A stretch of 64,000 bases of DNA from an uncultured Nitrospiraceae bacterium (GTDB lineage: Bacteria > Nitrospirota > Nitrospiria > Nitrospirales > Nitrospiraceae): NCBI GenBank assembly GCA_963846575.1, contig CAWJWJ010000001.1, positions 1,184,001-1,248,000 of the forward strand. Direction: 5' to 3'. The translations under genes were made by a program, and so were the position numbers. Of the stretch, positions 10,986 through 21,036 are shown piece by piece (the first letter of the stretch is position 1; every line of letters starts with the position of its first letter). The notes under the pieces were generated by a model. It made no database searches. It was given only the letters and a program-made list of their open reading frames with translations, and was not told where the DNA came from.

Positions 10986-11015
10986 AGATTAGCCGCTGGC
11001 CTTGCGGCAAGTCAA
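10986..11015 (-). promoter_or_regulatory. Putative sigma70 promoter for the midA-nuo operon
   Basis: TTGACT-N18-TAATCT on the minus strand, ~95 nt upstream of the methyltransferase start. Confidence 0.5.
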
Positions 11016-11203
11016 GGCGAAAAGACCCTCTGTGACCGGAGAATGTCGCACGGGAGGCGAGAAGGGCTGCGGACTTCAACTCCCGTCGCGCCGGTCGTTG
11101 CGCAGTTCCGCGGAGACGAATGCCGTGAGTCGGACAGGTGAACGGCGGAGGCGACGTTTGACCGGAGCAAGCGGCGAAACAGGGGGTCAACTCAGTCCCG
11201 TCC

Positions 11204-13907
11204 TCACGTGCCGTGGCACTTCTTGTATTTTTTCCCGCTGCCGCAGGGACAGGGGTCGTTACGACCGACTTTGTCCGGTTGGCGCTGGGCGCTTTGCGGA
11301 GCTGGTTCGTCGCTGCGATTGAGCACCATGCGCGGCGGCGGGGTGGGTTCTGGTACCGGCGGCGGCTGCTCGCCCCTGACGGCCTGCACCCGGAACAGTC
11401 GCTCCAGCACGTCCGACTTGATCCGGTCCATCATGGACGAGAACATGTCGAAGCCTTCGCGCTTATATTCGATCAGCGGGTCCTTTTGCCCGTAGCCCCG
11501 GAGGCCGATCCCGTCGCGCAGATGGTCCATGCCCAGCAGATGATCTTTCCAATGGTGATCGATCACCTGGAGGAGAAGCATCTTTTCGAGGTACCGCATC
11601 AGCTCGGTGCCGAGTTCCTGCTCCTTACGGTCATAGGACTGGCGCACCTGCTGGTGGATTTCTTCGATGAGGGCATCGCGACCGACATCCTTGAAGTGTT
11701 CGGCCACGCTGTCGTGGCCCTGCGTGAGGTCCAGAGCGAATTGCCCTTCCAGCGCCTCTCCGAGCCCGTTGTAGTCCCATTCTTCCTGATACTGCTCGGC
11801 CGGGCAGTAGGTGTCGACGAAGGCCTGCACAACATCCTTCATCATGTCGTGGATGTCCTGCTGAATATGTTCGCCGGCGAGCACTGCGTGACGGTGCTGG
11901 TAAATGACTTCGCGCTGCTTGTTCATGACGTCGTCATACTCAAGCAGCTGCTTGCGGATTTCAAAGTTATGCGCCTCGACCTTCTTCTGCGCATTGGCGA
12001 TGGCGCGGGTCACCATGCCATGTTCGATCGGCACGCCCTCTTCCATGCCCAGCTTCAGCATCAGCTGGGACACGCGCTCGGAGGCGAAAATACGCATCAG
12101 GTCGTCTTCGAGCGACAGGTAGAATCGCGAGGACCCCGGATCGCCTTGACGGCCCGCGCGTCCGCGGAGCTGGTTGTCGATACGGCGGCTCTCGTGCCGC
12201 TCCGTGCCGAGGATATGCAGACCCCCCGCGGCGATCACGGCCTGCTTGTCCTTTTCGCACTCGGCCTTGATCCCTTCAAAAATCTCCAGCTTGCGCTCCT
12301 CCGGCAGGGTTTCGTCCTGATACAGGATACGCTTGAAGAGAAAGTCAGGATTGCCGCCTAACAGGATGTCCGTGCCGCGTCCCGCCATGTTGGTGGCGAT
12401 GGTTACCGCCCCCTTCTGCCCGGCTTGCGCGATGATTTCCGCTTCTTTCTCATGGAATTTGGCATTGAGGACATTGTGCTTAATGCCGTTCCGGCTCAGG
12501 TATCCGGCGAGGCGCTCGGATTTTTCAATGGAGATCGTGCCGACCAGGACCGGCTGGCCGCGCTCATGGCAGTCCTTGATCTCCTCGACGATGGCTGTGA
12601 ACTTCTCCTTTTCGGTGCGGAACACCACGTCGGCGTAGTCCTTGCGTATCATGGACCGGTTGGTCGGGACGACGTTGACGTCCAGATTGTAGATCTTGGC
12701 GAATTCGCCCGCTTCCGTGTCGGCCGTGCCGGTCATGCCTGCAAGCTTCTTGTACATGCGGAAGTAGTTCTGGAAGGTCACCGAAGCCAGGGTCTGATTT
12801 TCATTGGCGATTTTCACGCCTTCCTTGGCTTCCACAGCCTGGTGCAGTCCGTCGCTCCAGCGCCGCCCCGGCATCAGCCGGCCGGTGAATTCGTCGACGA
12901 TCATGACCTCACCGTCCTTGACCACGTAGTCCACATCGCGCTTGTAGAGGGCATAGGCCTGCAGGGCCTTCACGACGTGGTGCACGAGATCCATGTGCTG
13001 CAGGTCGTAGAGGTTGTCCACCCCCAGCAGCTTTTCCACGCGGACGTTTCCGTCTTCGGTGAGCGAGGCGGTCTTGGTCTTTTCTTCGATCGTGTAGTCC
13101 TGCTCCGGCTTGAGCTGCGGGATGATCGCGTTGATCCGATAGTAGAGATCGGTGGTTTGATCGGTCGGGCCCGGAAATGATCAACGGGGTTCGCGCTTCG
13201 TCGATGAGAATGCTGTCGACTTCGTCCACGATCGCGAAGTTCAGCGGCCGCTGGACGCATTGGCTCAGGTCGCTCACGATCAGGTTGTCGCGAAGATAAT
13301 CGAAGCCGTACTCGTTGTTGGTGCCGTACGTGATCTCGGCGCGATAGGCTTCGTGCCGGCTGCAGGGCCGCAGGTGCTGCAGGCGCTTGTCCGCGGCTTC
13401 ATAGGTCGGATCATAGATGAATGAGGCGTCATGCTGGATGATGCCGACCGACAGGCCGAGCGCATGGTAAAGCTGAGCCATCCATTGCGCGTCGCGTTTG
13501 GCCAGATAGTCGTTGACGGTGACGAGATGGGCGCCTTTGCCCTCGAGCGCGTTCAGATAGAGGGGAAGCGTGGCGACCAGTGTTTTTCCTTCACCGGTTT
13601 TCATTTCAGCGATGCGACCCTTATTCAGGATCATGCCGCCGATCAGCTGGACGTCGAAGTGCCGCATGTTCAACCTGCGGCGCGACATCTCCCGGCAGAC
13701 GGCGAAGGCCTCGGGCAAAATGTCATCGAGCGTTTCCCCCGCCTCGAGGCGCTTCTTGAAATCCTGGGTCTTATCGGCCAACCCTTGATCGGACAGCGGC
13801 GTCAGGGTCGACTCGAGGCCGTTGATGCGCTCGACGACCGGCCGCAACGTCTTGATCTCGCGATCATTCTTGCTTCCGAAGACAATATTTAATACTTGTG
13901 TCAGCAT
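11204..13907 (-). CDS. secA: Preprotein translocase SecA (split by +1 frameshift near 13170; probably a sequence error)
   Basis: N-part has MKTGEGKT and [21 protein letters not shown]-part has [29 protein letters not shown] and [22 protein letters not shown]; removing one base in TCCGGGCCCGACC joins the frames. Confidence 0.95.
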
Positions 13908-14146
13908 GCAGGCGCACCTTTATTCTCACGAGCGAGGCTCGAATGGGGAGCATCGGCTCGGCGGCGGAGTATACAGCAATCCATAGGGGAATCCTACCGA
14001 AACAGCGGCCATGGTCTCAACTCCTTCGCAGTCACGGGAGAGGCAGGCCCCGTCGTTGCTTTCGGATGCCCTGCCGTCTATAGTGGGAGCGTCAGCTCAT
14101 CGACCTGTACCGCGAATATCACCCACGAACTCTTCTGTGGATTTCG

Positions 14147-15220
14147 ATGCGGCTAGTAGCCAGTGCTTCTCGTAGTCTTCTCCTCACCCTTTCTATTTTT
14201 TGCCTGTCCGGTCTTGTTGCCGCCCCCGAGGCGTCCGCGGGTCCGGCCTCAGAATCGGCCCGGCGGAACTATGAGCGCGGGGTCACGCTGTTCCGTGAAG
14301 GCGATGCCGATGGTGCAATCGAGGCGCTGAAGAAGGCGATTGCGCAAAACCCCCGGCTGGCGGAAGCCTATCATGTCATGGGTCTGGTGTATTTCCAGAA
14401 CAAGCGGAACCCCGATGAAGCGATTCAGTCCTATAAACAATCTTTAAAGCTCACCTCGCCTTCCGCCGAGATCCTCAATGATCTCGCTGACGTCTATCTG
14501 GCGCAGGGACGAGGGAACGAAGCGGAAGCCACGCTGCGGCAGGTGCTGGATATCGCGCCGGGCAATGAAGAGGCCCACCTGGACCTGGCGCGGCTGTATG
14601 AAGAACGCCGCGATGCCAGAAACGCGGTGAAGATGTATCAATCTCTGCTGCGCGTGCGGCCGGACCATGCCGATGCGCTGTTCCATCTCGCAAATCTGTA
14701 TGACAGCCAAGGGGATACGAGGCTGGCTCGGGAACAGTTGTCCCGTCTGACGCAGTCGAATCCCCGCCACGCCGACGCCTGGTATTTGCTCGGGCGTCTC
14801 GCTGAGCGAGGAAACGACTTACATGCGGCGGCCGCCGCGTTCAAGGAGGCCATTGCGGTCAGGCCCGACCTCGTCGATGCCCATTACAACCTGGGCTTTG
14901 TCTTCCGGAGTCAGGGACTGCTGCTCGAAGCCGAGCGGGAATTTCTCGAGGTGATTCGATATCGCCCGGAATATGCAGAGGCCCATTTGAATCTGGGCAT
15001 GGTGTACACCAACCTGAATCGATTGGATGAAGCGGAAAAGGAGCACGAGCAGGCGGTCGCCCTCAAACCCAATTCCGCGGAGGCCCATTATAATCTCGGG
15101 GTTTTTTACGAGTTGCACCGTAAGGATATGGTCAGGGCCCTGGCGCAATACCGGCGGTACCGTGATTTAGGGGGAAGAGATGAACGGGTCGAGCGCATCG
15201 TCGGGGTGGGCGGACCCTGA
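14147..15220 (+). CDS. Exported tetratricopeptide-repeat protein
   Basis: Signal peptide plus about 9 TPRs (AEAYHVMG, AHYNLG, AHLNLG). Confidence 0.88.
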   Translation: MRLVASASRSLLLTLSIFCLSGLVAAPEASAGPASESARRNYERGVTLFREGDADGAIEALKKAIAQNPRLAEAYHVMGLVYFQNKRNPDEAIQSYKQSLKLTSPSAEILNDLADVYLAQGRGNEAEATLRQVLDIAPGNEEAHLDLARLYEERRDARNAVKMYQSLLRVRPDHADALFHLANLYDSQGDTRLAREQLSRLTQSNPRHADAWYLLGRLAERGNDLHAAAAAFKEAIAVRPDLVDAHYNLGFVFRSQGLLLEAEREFLEVIRYRPEYAEAHLNLGMVYTNLNRLDEAEKEHEQAVALKPNSAEAHYNLGVFYELHRKDMVRALAQYRRYRDLGGRDERVERIVGVGGP

Positions 15221-15241
15221 CCGGGGCAGGTGAATCCCGCG

Positions 15242-15271
15242 TTGACGGTTCCCCAATCACTTTGTTAACCT
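15242..15271 (+). promoter_or_regulatory. Putative sigma70 promoter for RAPP leader 1 and its operon
   Basis: TTGACG-N18-TAACCT with extended TG. Confidence 0.45.
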
Positions 15272-15298
15272 GCCACCAGACCATCCGGTTCATTTTCT

Positions 15299-15604
15299 AT
15301 GCGACACACGAGCTTCAGAAGCTTCATCTGGATCCTGGCCTGCGTGGTCATTGTCCTGCTGGCCATGACGACCGGCAGTGCGGTGGCGCATGAACTCCAA
15401 CATGCCGCGCATCACAACGCTGCGATGCATGGAACGGGCATTTGCGCCTGGATGTGTGCCACTGCCGGAACGCACGTCGCGACTCCTGTAGACGGGACGC
15501 ATGTCTTCGGAGCGGTCAGTCATTTCCCGATTGACGTGTTCCAGGCGTCTGTCATTCAACCATTGGCTCTCGTCCAACCCCGCGCTCCCCCTGTCTGCTC
15601 CTAA
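15299..15604 (+). CDS. Exported His-rich CxWxC...RAPP leader peptide 1 (DUF2946/CruR-like putative arrest peptide)
   Basis: Signal peptide, HELQHAAHH, CAWMC, C-terminal RAPPVCS; first gene of the operon. Confidence 0.8.
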   Translation: MRHTSFRSFIWILACVVIVLLAMTTGSAVAHELQHAAHHNAAMHGTGICAWMCATAGTHVATPVDGTHVFGAVSHFPIDVFQASVIQPLALVQPRAPPVCS

Positions 15605-15732
15605 ACCCAGGCCGCCTGGGACCGTTTCGCTCTACGACGCAACACTGAGAGATCGTCAAAAGTCTGTGGCGTGGGAACTTGCGTGCCGGTGCGTAGTCCC
15701 TGTTCCGAACCGCCGACTTACGGAGACAATCC

Positions 15733-17004
15733 ATGTTTTTGGTCCGTGACTTCCGCACTGCCGTGACTGTTGTGGTGGGACTGCTCGCGCTGGGCGGTTC
15801 GGCCAGCCTCGCCTCCGCCGACGGTGAGCACCAGGCCGCCATCATACTGGAGAAACCATTCGCGCTGGTCCAGTCGACCGCCGCGTTGTCTCCCCCCAGT
15901 CTCCGGTTCACCCGCGCCGGGCTGTTGCATGCGGCCTGGGTGGAGAAAGGTGGCCTGCAGGGAGAGGTCAAGACTGCCGAGGTGGTAAACGGAAAGCCGG
16001 TAGCTTCCCCGGTTCAGGCGAGTCAGGCCGGGAGGGGGCCGGAAACCGTGCATCAATCTCCGGGATTTGCCATCGGTTCGGACGGCGCCCGGTTCGTCAC
16101 CTGGTCCGCCGGCAACAACACTCCCGGGGCGCTGTTCGCGTCGGATCTTCAGCTTGCCCGCGCGACGGACGCGCAGGCGTTTGCGCCTCCGATACAGGTG
16201 AATGACGACAACTTGGCCATTTCGCATACGTTTGAAAGCCTGTCCGTAGGGAAGGGCGGCGAAATTTACATGGCCTGGCTGGACGGACGGAATAAGGATC
16301 GAAGCGGCGCCAGCGCGATGTTCGCCTGCTCTCAGGACGGCGGGCTTACGGTCGGCAAGAACGTGGTGATCGACGGGATGGCCTGCCCCTGTTGCCGCCC
16401 GATGGTAGCCCAGGCGCCGGACGGATCGCTGTGGGTGGCCTGGCGCAAAACCTTTGAAGGGAATGTGCGGGACATCGTCGTGGCCCGCTCGACCGATCAG
16501 GGACACACGTTTACTCCGCCCAGCATTGTACGCCGGGACGGATGGGTGTTCGACGCCTGTCCGCATCGCGGCCCCTCCATCGGCTTCGACCGGACGGGAC
16601 GGATGTATATCGGATGGTACACGGAGGGCAAGGACGAACAGCCTCGGCTCTACATGGCCACCTCGGATGATCGGGGCGCGACGTTTTCAACGCCGGTGGC
16701 CCTGCATTCCGCGGTGACCTCGCTGCCGGACAACCTGCATCTGGCGGTCCACCCCGATGGCCAGGTCGCGGCGGTGTGGGAAGAAGTCACCGGAGTTCGG
16801 AAACGCGTCGTCATGCGCTTGTCCACGGATCGTGGACAGACTTTCGGGCCGATGCTCACGTTGAGCGCCGGGCCCAAGGCCGAACATCCCACGGTCGTCA
16901 TCCATGACAGCGGGAAGGTTGCGATCGGGTGGACGGAACATGCGTTTCCGCACAACAAGCTCATCGTGCAACAGGGGCAAGTGAATCCAGTGGCAGGGCG
17001 GTAG
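15733..17004 (+). CDS. Periplasmic BNR/Asp-box (sialidase-fold) protein 1
   Basis: Signal peptide; Asp boxes SQDGG, STDQGHTF, SDDRGATF, STDRGQTF; CPCC and CPH motifs. Confidence 0.85.
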   Translation: MFLVRDFRTAVTVVVGLLALGGSASLASADGEHQAAIILEKPFALVQSTAALSPPSLRFTRAGLLHAAWVEKGGLQGEVKTAEVVNGKPVASPVQASQAGRGPETVHQSPGFAIGSDGARFVTWSAGNNTPGALFASDLQLARATDAQAFAPPIQVNDDNLAISHTFESLSVGKGGEIYMAWLDGRNKDRSGASAMFACSQDGGLTVGKNVVIDGMACPCCRPMVAQAPDGSLWVAWRKTFEGNVRDIVVARSTDQGHTFTPPSIVRRDGWVFDACPHRGPSIGFDRTGRMYIGWYTEGKDEQPRLYMATSDDRGATFSTPVALHSAVTSLPDNLHLAVHPDGQVAAVWEEVTGVRKRVVMRLSTDRGQTFGPMLTLSAGPKAEHPTVVIHDSGKVAIGWTEHAFPHNKLIVQQGQVNPVAGR

Positions 17005-17051
17005 GGCGAACAAGCAGAACCATCCCTTTTGGAAGAGCAAGTGGAGGAGTC

Positions 17052-17510
17052 ATGAAGGCGCAGGCGAATCATTCGGCAGGGTGGGGCGCGGTCTGTGGAA
17101 CGGTGTTGCTGGCCTGGTGGTTAGGGGTCCCCGTCGTTTCGGCAGCCGACACGAAGGGCGAGAAGACGTTTCAGATCGTCGTGACCGACCAGCAGGGCAT
17201 CGAGACCGAACTCAAGAACGGTGTTTTTTATTGGGAAGAAAAATTGAGTGAAACCTCGTTTGTGCCCCATGAGTTGAAGCATCTGCCGGCGAAACGGGGT
17301 ACGGCCACGGTGAATATCAAGTTTGACCAGATCAAGCAGATCGACATCAAGCCCGGGGCCGACAAGACGTCGCCGACCATGACCGTGACCCTGGCCAACG
17401 GCAAGAACGGGGATTTTGCGCCTGCGGTGAACGGGAGCTTCAAGGGCGAATCAGATTTCGGACAAGTCGAAGTGCCTGTCGATTCGATTGCCAAGGCCGT
17501 TTTTAAGTAG
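17052..17510 (+). CDS. Exported hypothetical protein
   Basis: GGAGGAG SD, signal peptide, beta-rich mature part; in operon. Confidence 0.75.
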   Translation: MKAQANHSAGWGAVCGTVLLAWWLGVPVVSAADTKGEKTFQIVVTDQQGIETELKNGVFYWEEKLSETSFVPHELKHLPAKRGTATVNIKFDQIKQIDIKPGADKTSPTMTVTLANGKNGDFAPAVNGSFKGESDFGQVEVPVDSIAKAVFK

Positions 17511-17547
17511 TCGTGGCAGCGACGCATCGTTCGAAAGGATGCAACTG

Positions 17548-18731
17548 ATGGAGAATGTGCTCGGGGCGAGATCGTGGCAGTCGAAGCAGTCCGTAACGGG
17601 GTGGGGGGCATCGCTCGTCCTGCATGTCTGCCTTGCGCTGGCCGCGTTGGTTCTCCTGCCGAAAATGGCTGTGGTAGTGGAGCAGCAGCCCTTCACCTGG
17701 GACGTGGCTTTGGTTGAAGCTCCGCACGAAGTGGTGCGCCCGGCGGAACCGGCTCCGGCGCCGGTGGTTCAGCCACCCGCCCCGAAACAGGCCAAGCGTC
17801 AGCCGGTCCGGGCGGTCGAGCCGCCGCCCCAGCCCGTCACGCGGCCGGTGCAAACCCGGGTCGCACCGCAGCCGGTGCAGCGGGAGGTGCAGGCGGTCGT
17901 CGAGACGCCCCGGCCCGTAGATGAGATTCAGTCGCCGCAGGAAGTCGTTCGCGTGCAGCCCAAGCAGCTCTCCGCGCAGGAGATTCAGAAAACCGAACCG
18001 CTGATGCAGGCGGAGACGCCAGCAGAGGTCAAGCGAGAGGTTGCGGCGGCGGTCGAGCAGGCGGTGGTGGAGTCGGCGCCTGTGGCGGCTCAGACCTATG
18101 AGACGCAACCGGTCGTCAGCGCTCAGAAGATTGTCGAGATGAGTTCCCAGCCGGGTAATGAATCCACTGTGTCCGCGATGGTGGAGACGACTCCCCAGCC
18201 GGTTGTCACTGAGAGAGCGCCGGTCGAACGAGCCGCACCGGTCGACGTGCCGGTGGTTGAACCGGTTCAGGCAAGTCCCCCCCGACCGTTGCCCGGTCGG
18301 TAGAGGCAGGCCCGACAGCCGCCCCTGAGCCGGTGCCGGCACCGCCTGCACCGACGGCCGAGCCGACCACGCAACCGGATCCGGCCACACAGCAGGAACA
18401 TCAGGTCGTGGCCAGCGTGGCACCGAAAGGCGGGCCCAAGGCGGATTACAAATGGCTGGCCGAATCGTTGCACCGACGCATCATTGAATTGCGGCATTAT
18501 CCCAGCACGGCACGCCTGAATGGCTGGGAGGGAAAAGTCGTGTTGAAGGTCTCGATCCGTCACGACGGGCAGCTCAAGGATGTTGAAGTGGTGAAAAGTT
18601 CAGGGCATGACTCGCTGGATCAAGCGGCGATGGAAGCCGTGCGGCGGGCCTGTCCCCTTCATATGAAACACGAATTGACGGCTCCGATGGTGGTGCTGCA
18701 CCTGCCGGTCAGTTATAGCTTGAATCGGTAG
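17548..18731 (+). CDS. tonB: TonB energy transducer (frameshift at C7 run 18277-18283)
   Basis: TM anchor with ASLVLH, Pro/Glu-rich linker; TonB C-domain (YPSTARLNGWEGKV, SSGHDSLDQAA) lies in a shifted frame. Confidence 0.85.
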
Positions 18732-18780
18732 TCCACCATGATCGGATAGGATCTCCTGAGTCCGTCACAGGGAGAGCGGT

Positions 18781-20061
18781 ATGCGGATGAAACATGCTGC
18801 GAGAGCTGCCTGTGGGATCCTGGCGCTGTGCCTGGTTGTGGCGAGCCCCTTCGAAAGGACGCAGGCCGAACCGGGGCTGCCGTACGAACTCGGCCAGAAG
18901 TTCGTCACCGACCACAAGGTAAAAAGCCTGGTGGGACCGTCGGTGAAGATCGACGAGCAAGGGTTTGTCTCATTGGCCTGGATGGAAGAAGAGAAGGACG
19001 TGCGATCGGTGCTGTACGCCCGCAGCACTTCGCCAGGCGGACCAATGGGATCGCCGGTTCCCATCAATCGCCCTGACGACGTGCCCTATTGGAGACAGGA
19101 AGCGCCGGCCTTGGCTCTGGAGGGGGATGAGATCTATGTGACGTGGGGATTGACGCATCCCAAGCTGACCCCGCAGCAGCCGCTTGCAACCGAGTTGCGC
19201 CTGAGCCGATCGACCGACGGCGGACGTTCGTTTCAGCCGTCGGTGCTCGTGAACGATGATCCGGGCGTCATTCAACATACCTTCGATGCCGTGCATCGCG
19301 ACCGCGAAGGGCGGTTGCACCTCTCCTGGATCGATGGACGCGACGGGAAGAAGGAGCCGGGGACCTATGTGGCCCGATCGCTGGATCGGGGGCGGACCGT
19401 CACGAAGAATCTCAAGGTGGATGAGGGCACCTGCGTCTGTTGCCGGACGGCGGTCACCAGCGGTCCTGACGGCATGGTCTATGTGGCATGGCGAAAAATT
19501 TACGACGGGAATGTCCGTGAAACCGTCGTGGCGCGTTCCACCGATCACGGCGAGACGTTCGAGGCGCCCGTCATCGTCGGACAGGATCACTGGGTTTTTC
19601 CGGCCTGCCCGCATCGACCGGCCTCCATGGGAGTGGATCGAGAGGGGCGGTTGTATGTGGTCTGGTACACCGAAGGCACCGATGAAATTCCCGCCGTTTA
19701 CATGGCCTTTTCCGACGATCGCGGGCGCACCTTTTCGACCAAGCGAAAACTGAACCGTGCCGCCAACACCTTTCCCGACCATCCGCAGATTGCGGTCGAC
19801 CCGCAGGGACGGCTGGTCGTGGTCTGGGAGGAGCAGGCGCCGGTCAAGCGAGATGTGGTGATGAGTGTCTCAATCGATCGGGGAGCCACGTTTACCGCGC
19901 CGCAGAAAGTAAACGAGAAAAAAAGTCAGACCCCTGTGGTCGCGGTCAATGCCGAGGGGCTCTTCGCACTGGCCTGGATGGAACATGGCATGCCCGGTCA
20001 CAAGATCGTGACGCAGACGCTGAGGATGCCGTTTGCCGACCTGGCGACGGGATCGAAATAG
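18781..20061 (+). CDS. Periplasmic BNR/Asp-box (sialidase-fold) protein 2
   Basis: Signal peptide; STDGGRSF, STDHGETF, SDDRGRTF, SIDRGATF; CVCC and CPH motifs; paralogue of 15733..17004. Confidence 0.85.
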   Translation: MRMKHAARAACGILALCLVVASPFERTQAEPGLPYELGQKFVTDHKVKSLVGPSVKIDEQGFVSLAWMEEEKDVRSVLYARSTSPGGPMGSPVPINRPDDVPYWRQEAPALALEGDEIYVTWGLTHPKLTPQQPLATELRLSRSTDGGRSFQPSVLVNDDPGVIQHTFDAVHRDREGRLHLSWIDGRDGKKEPGTYVARSLDRGRTVTKNLKVDEGTCVCCRTAVTSGPDGMVYVAWRKIYDGNVRETVVARSTDHGETFEAPVIVGQDHWVFPACPHRPASMGVDREGRLYVVWYTEGTDEIPAVYMAFSDDRGRTFSTKRKLNRAANTFPDHPQIAVDPQGRLVVVWEEQAPVKRDVVMSVSIDRGATFTAPQKVNEKKSQTPVVAVNAEGLFALAWMEHGMPGHKIVTQTLRMPFADLATGSK

Positions 20062-20080
20062 CGGGCTCGATAGGGGACTC

Positions 20081-20611
20081 ATGACGTTCACCCTCAAAAG
20101 CGGACTTGTCCTGTCGGCTGCGCTCTGGCTGGCGGCAAGCGTCGCCTGGGCAGACGATCGACTGGCGGCGATGAAAATGTCGCGGGTGCCACAGGGGACC
20201 GTCGCCGTTCCGTTCGAGTTGAGGAGTCTGGACGGGCAGTCCATCCAACTCGCGGATCTGAAGGGGAAGGTCGTCCTGGTAAATTTCTGGGCCACCTGGT
20301 GCGGGCCCTGCAAGGAAGAAATGCCGGCTTTCGAACGGCTTCGGCAGAAGCTGGATCCCGAGCGGTTTGCCCTGCTCACGATCACGACCGATCTGCAGCA
20401 GGATGGCATCAGACATTTTCTGGCGAATCTGCAGGTGCAGCTTCCGGTCCTGTTCGACGAACAGCAGGACGTGTCACAGGCCTATCTAGTGCGTGCATTA
20501 CCGACCACGGTGCTCATAGATCGACAGGGGGTGCTGGTGGGCCGAGCAGTCGGACCGCGTGAGTGGGACGCTCCGCAGGCCGTTCAGTTGCTGCAGGGTT
20601 TCATGCAATGA
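20081..20611 (+). CDS. TlpA/ResA-family thiol-disulfide oxidoreductase
   Basis: VNFWATWCGPCKEEMP, LPTT; signal peptide. Confidence 0.92.
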   Translation: MTFTLKSGLVLSAALWLAASVAWADDRLAAMKMSRVPQGTVAVPFELRSLDGQSIQLADLKGKVVLVNFWATWCGPCKEEMPAFERLRQKLDPERFALLTITTDLQQDGIRHFLANLQVQLPVLFDEQQDVSQAYLVRALPTTVLIDRQGVLVGRAVGPREWDAPQAVQLLQGFMQ

Positions 20612-20928
20612 GTGACGGAAGAAAACCCTTCATCGGTCTGGCGGCCTTGCTGGCCGGGTCCTATCTGATCCTGTCCGTGTTGTCGTTGGCCTGCTCGGTC
20701 GAACATCTCCAATCGCAGACATCAGCTCATCACCATGGTGGGACCCTGTCCCATTCCGGTTTCTGTGCCTGGGCCTGTCAGGTCAATCCTACGTCTGATG
20801 CCGGGCCTTCCGCCCTGGTGCTCCACCCGCTGTCGATGGTCGCGCTCTTCGTCGAGACCAGCCACACGATTTTGACAGGCGGCACAGGATATCGTGCTGC
20901 CTCACGTGCGCCCCCCGTTCAGTCCTAA
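20608..20928 (+). CDS. Exported His-rich CxWxC...RAPP leader peptide 2
   Basis: ATGA overlap with the TlpA stop; hydrophobic N-terminus, AHHHGG, CAWAC, RAPPVQS; directly upstream of a TBDR. Confidence 0.8.
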   Translation: MSDGRKPFIGLAALLAGSYLILSVLSLACSVEHLQSQTSAHHHGGTLSHSGFCAWACQVNPTSDAGPSALVLHPLSMVALFVETSHTILTGGTGYRAASRAPPVQS

Positions 20929-21036
20929 TTCCATTCCATATTGCTAGGCGGGCCGGCTCCTTTTCTTGCCTTGGGCACAGGGACGAGAAGGGCCGGTTCT
21001 TGTGGTCGTGTGTCCGGTTTTGCCAGGAGGATGTGT

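Noticed and set aside
13908..15604. SecM/ApdA-like control of secA by RAPP leader 1
   Set aside because: The leader is on the opposite strand and separated by a TPR gene, so it cannot act in cis on secA
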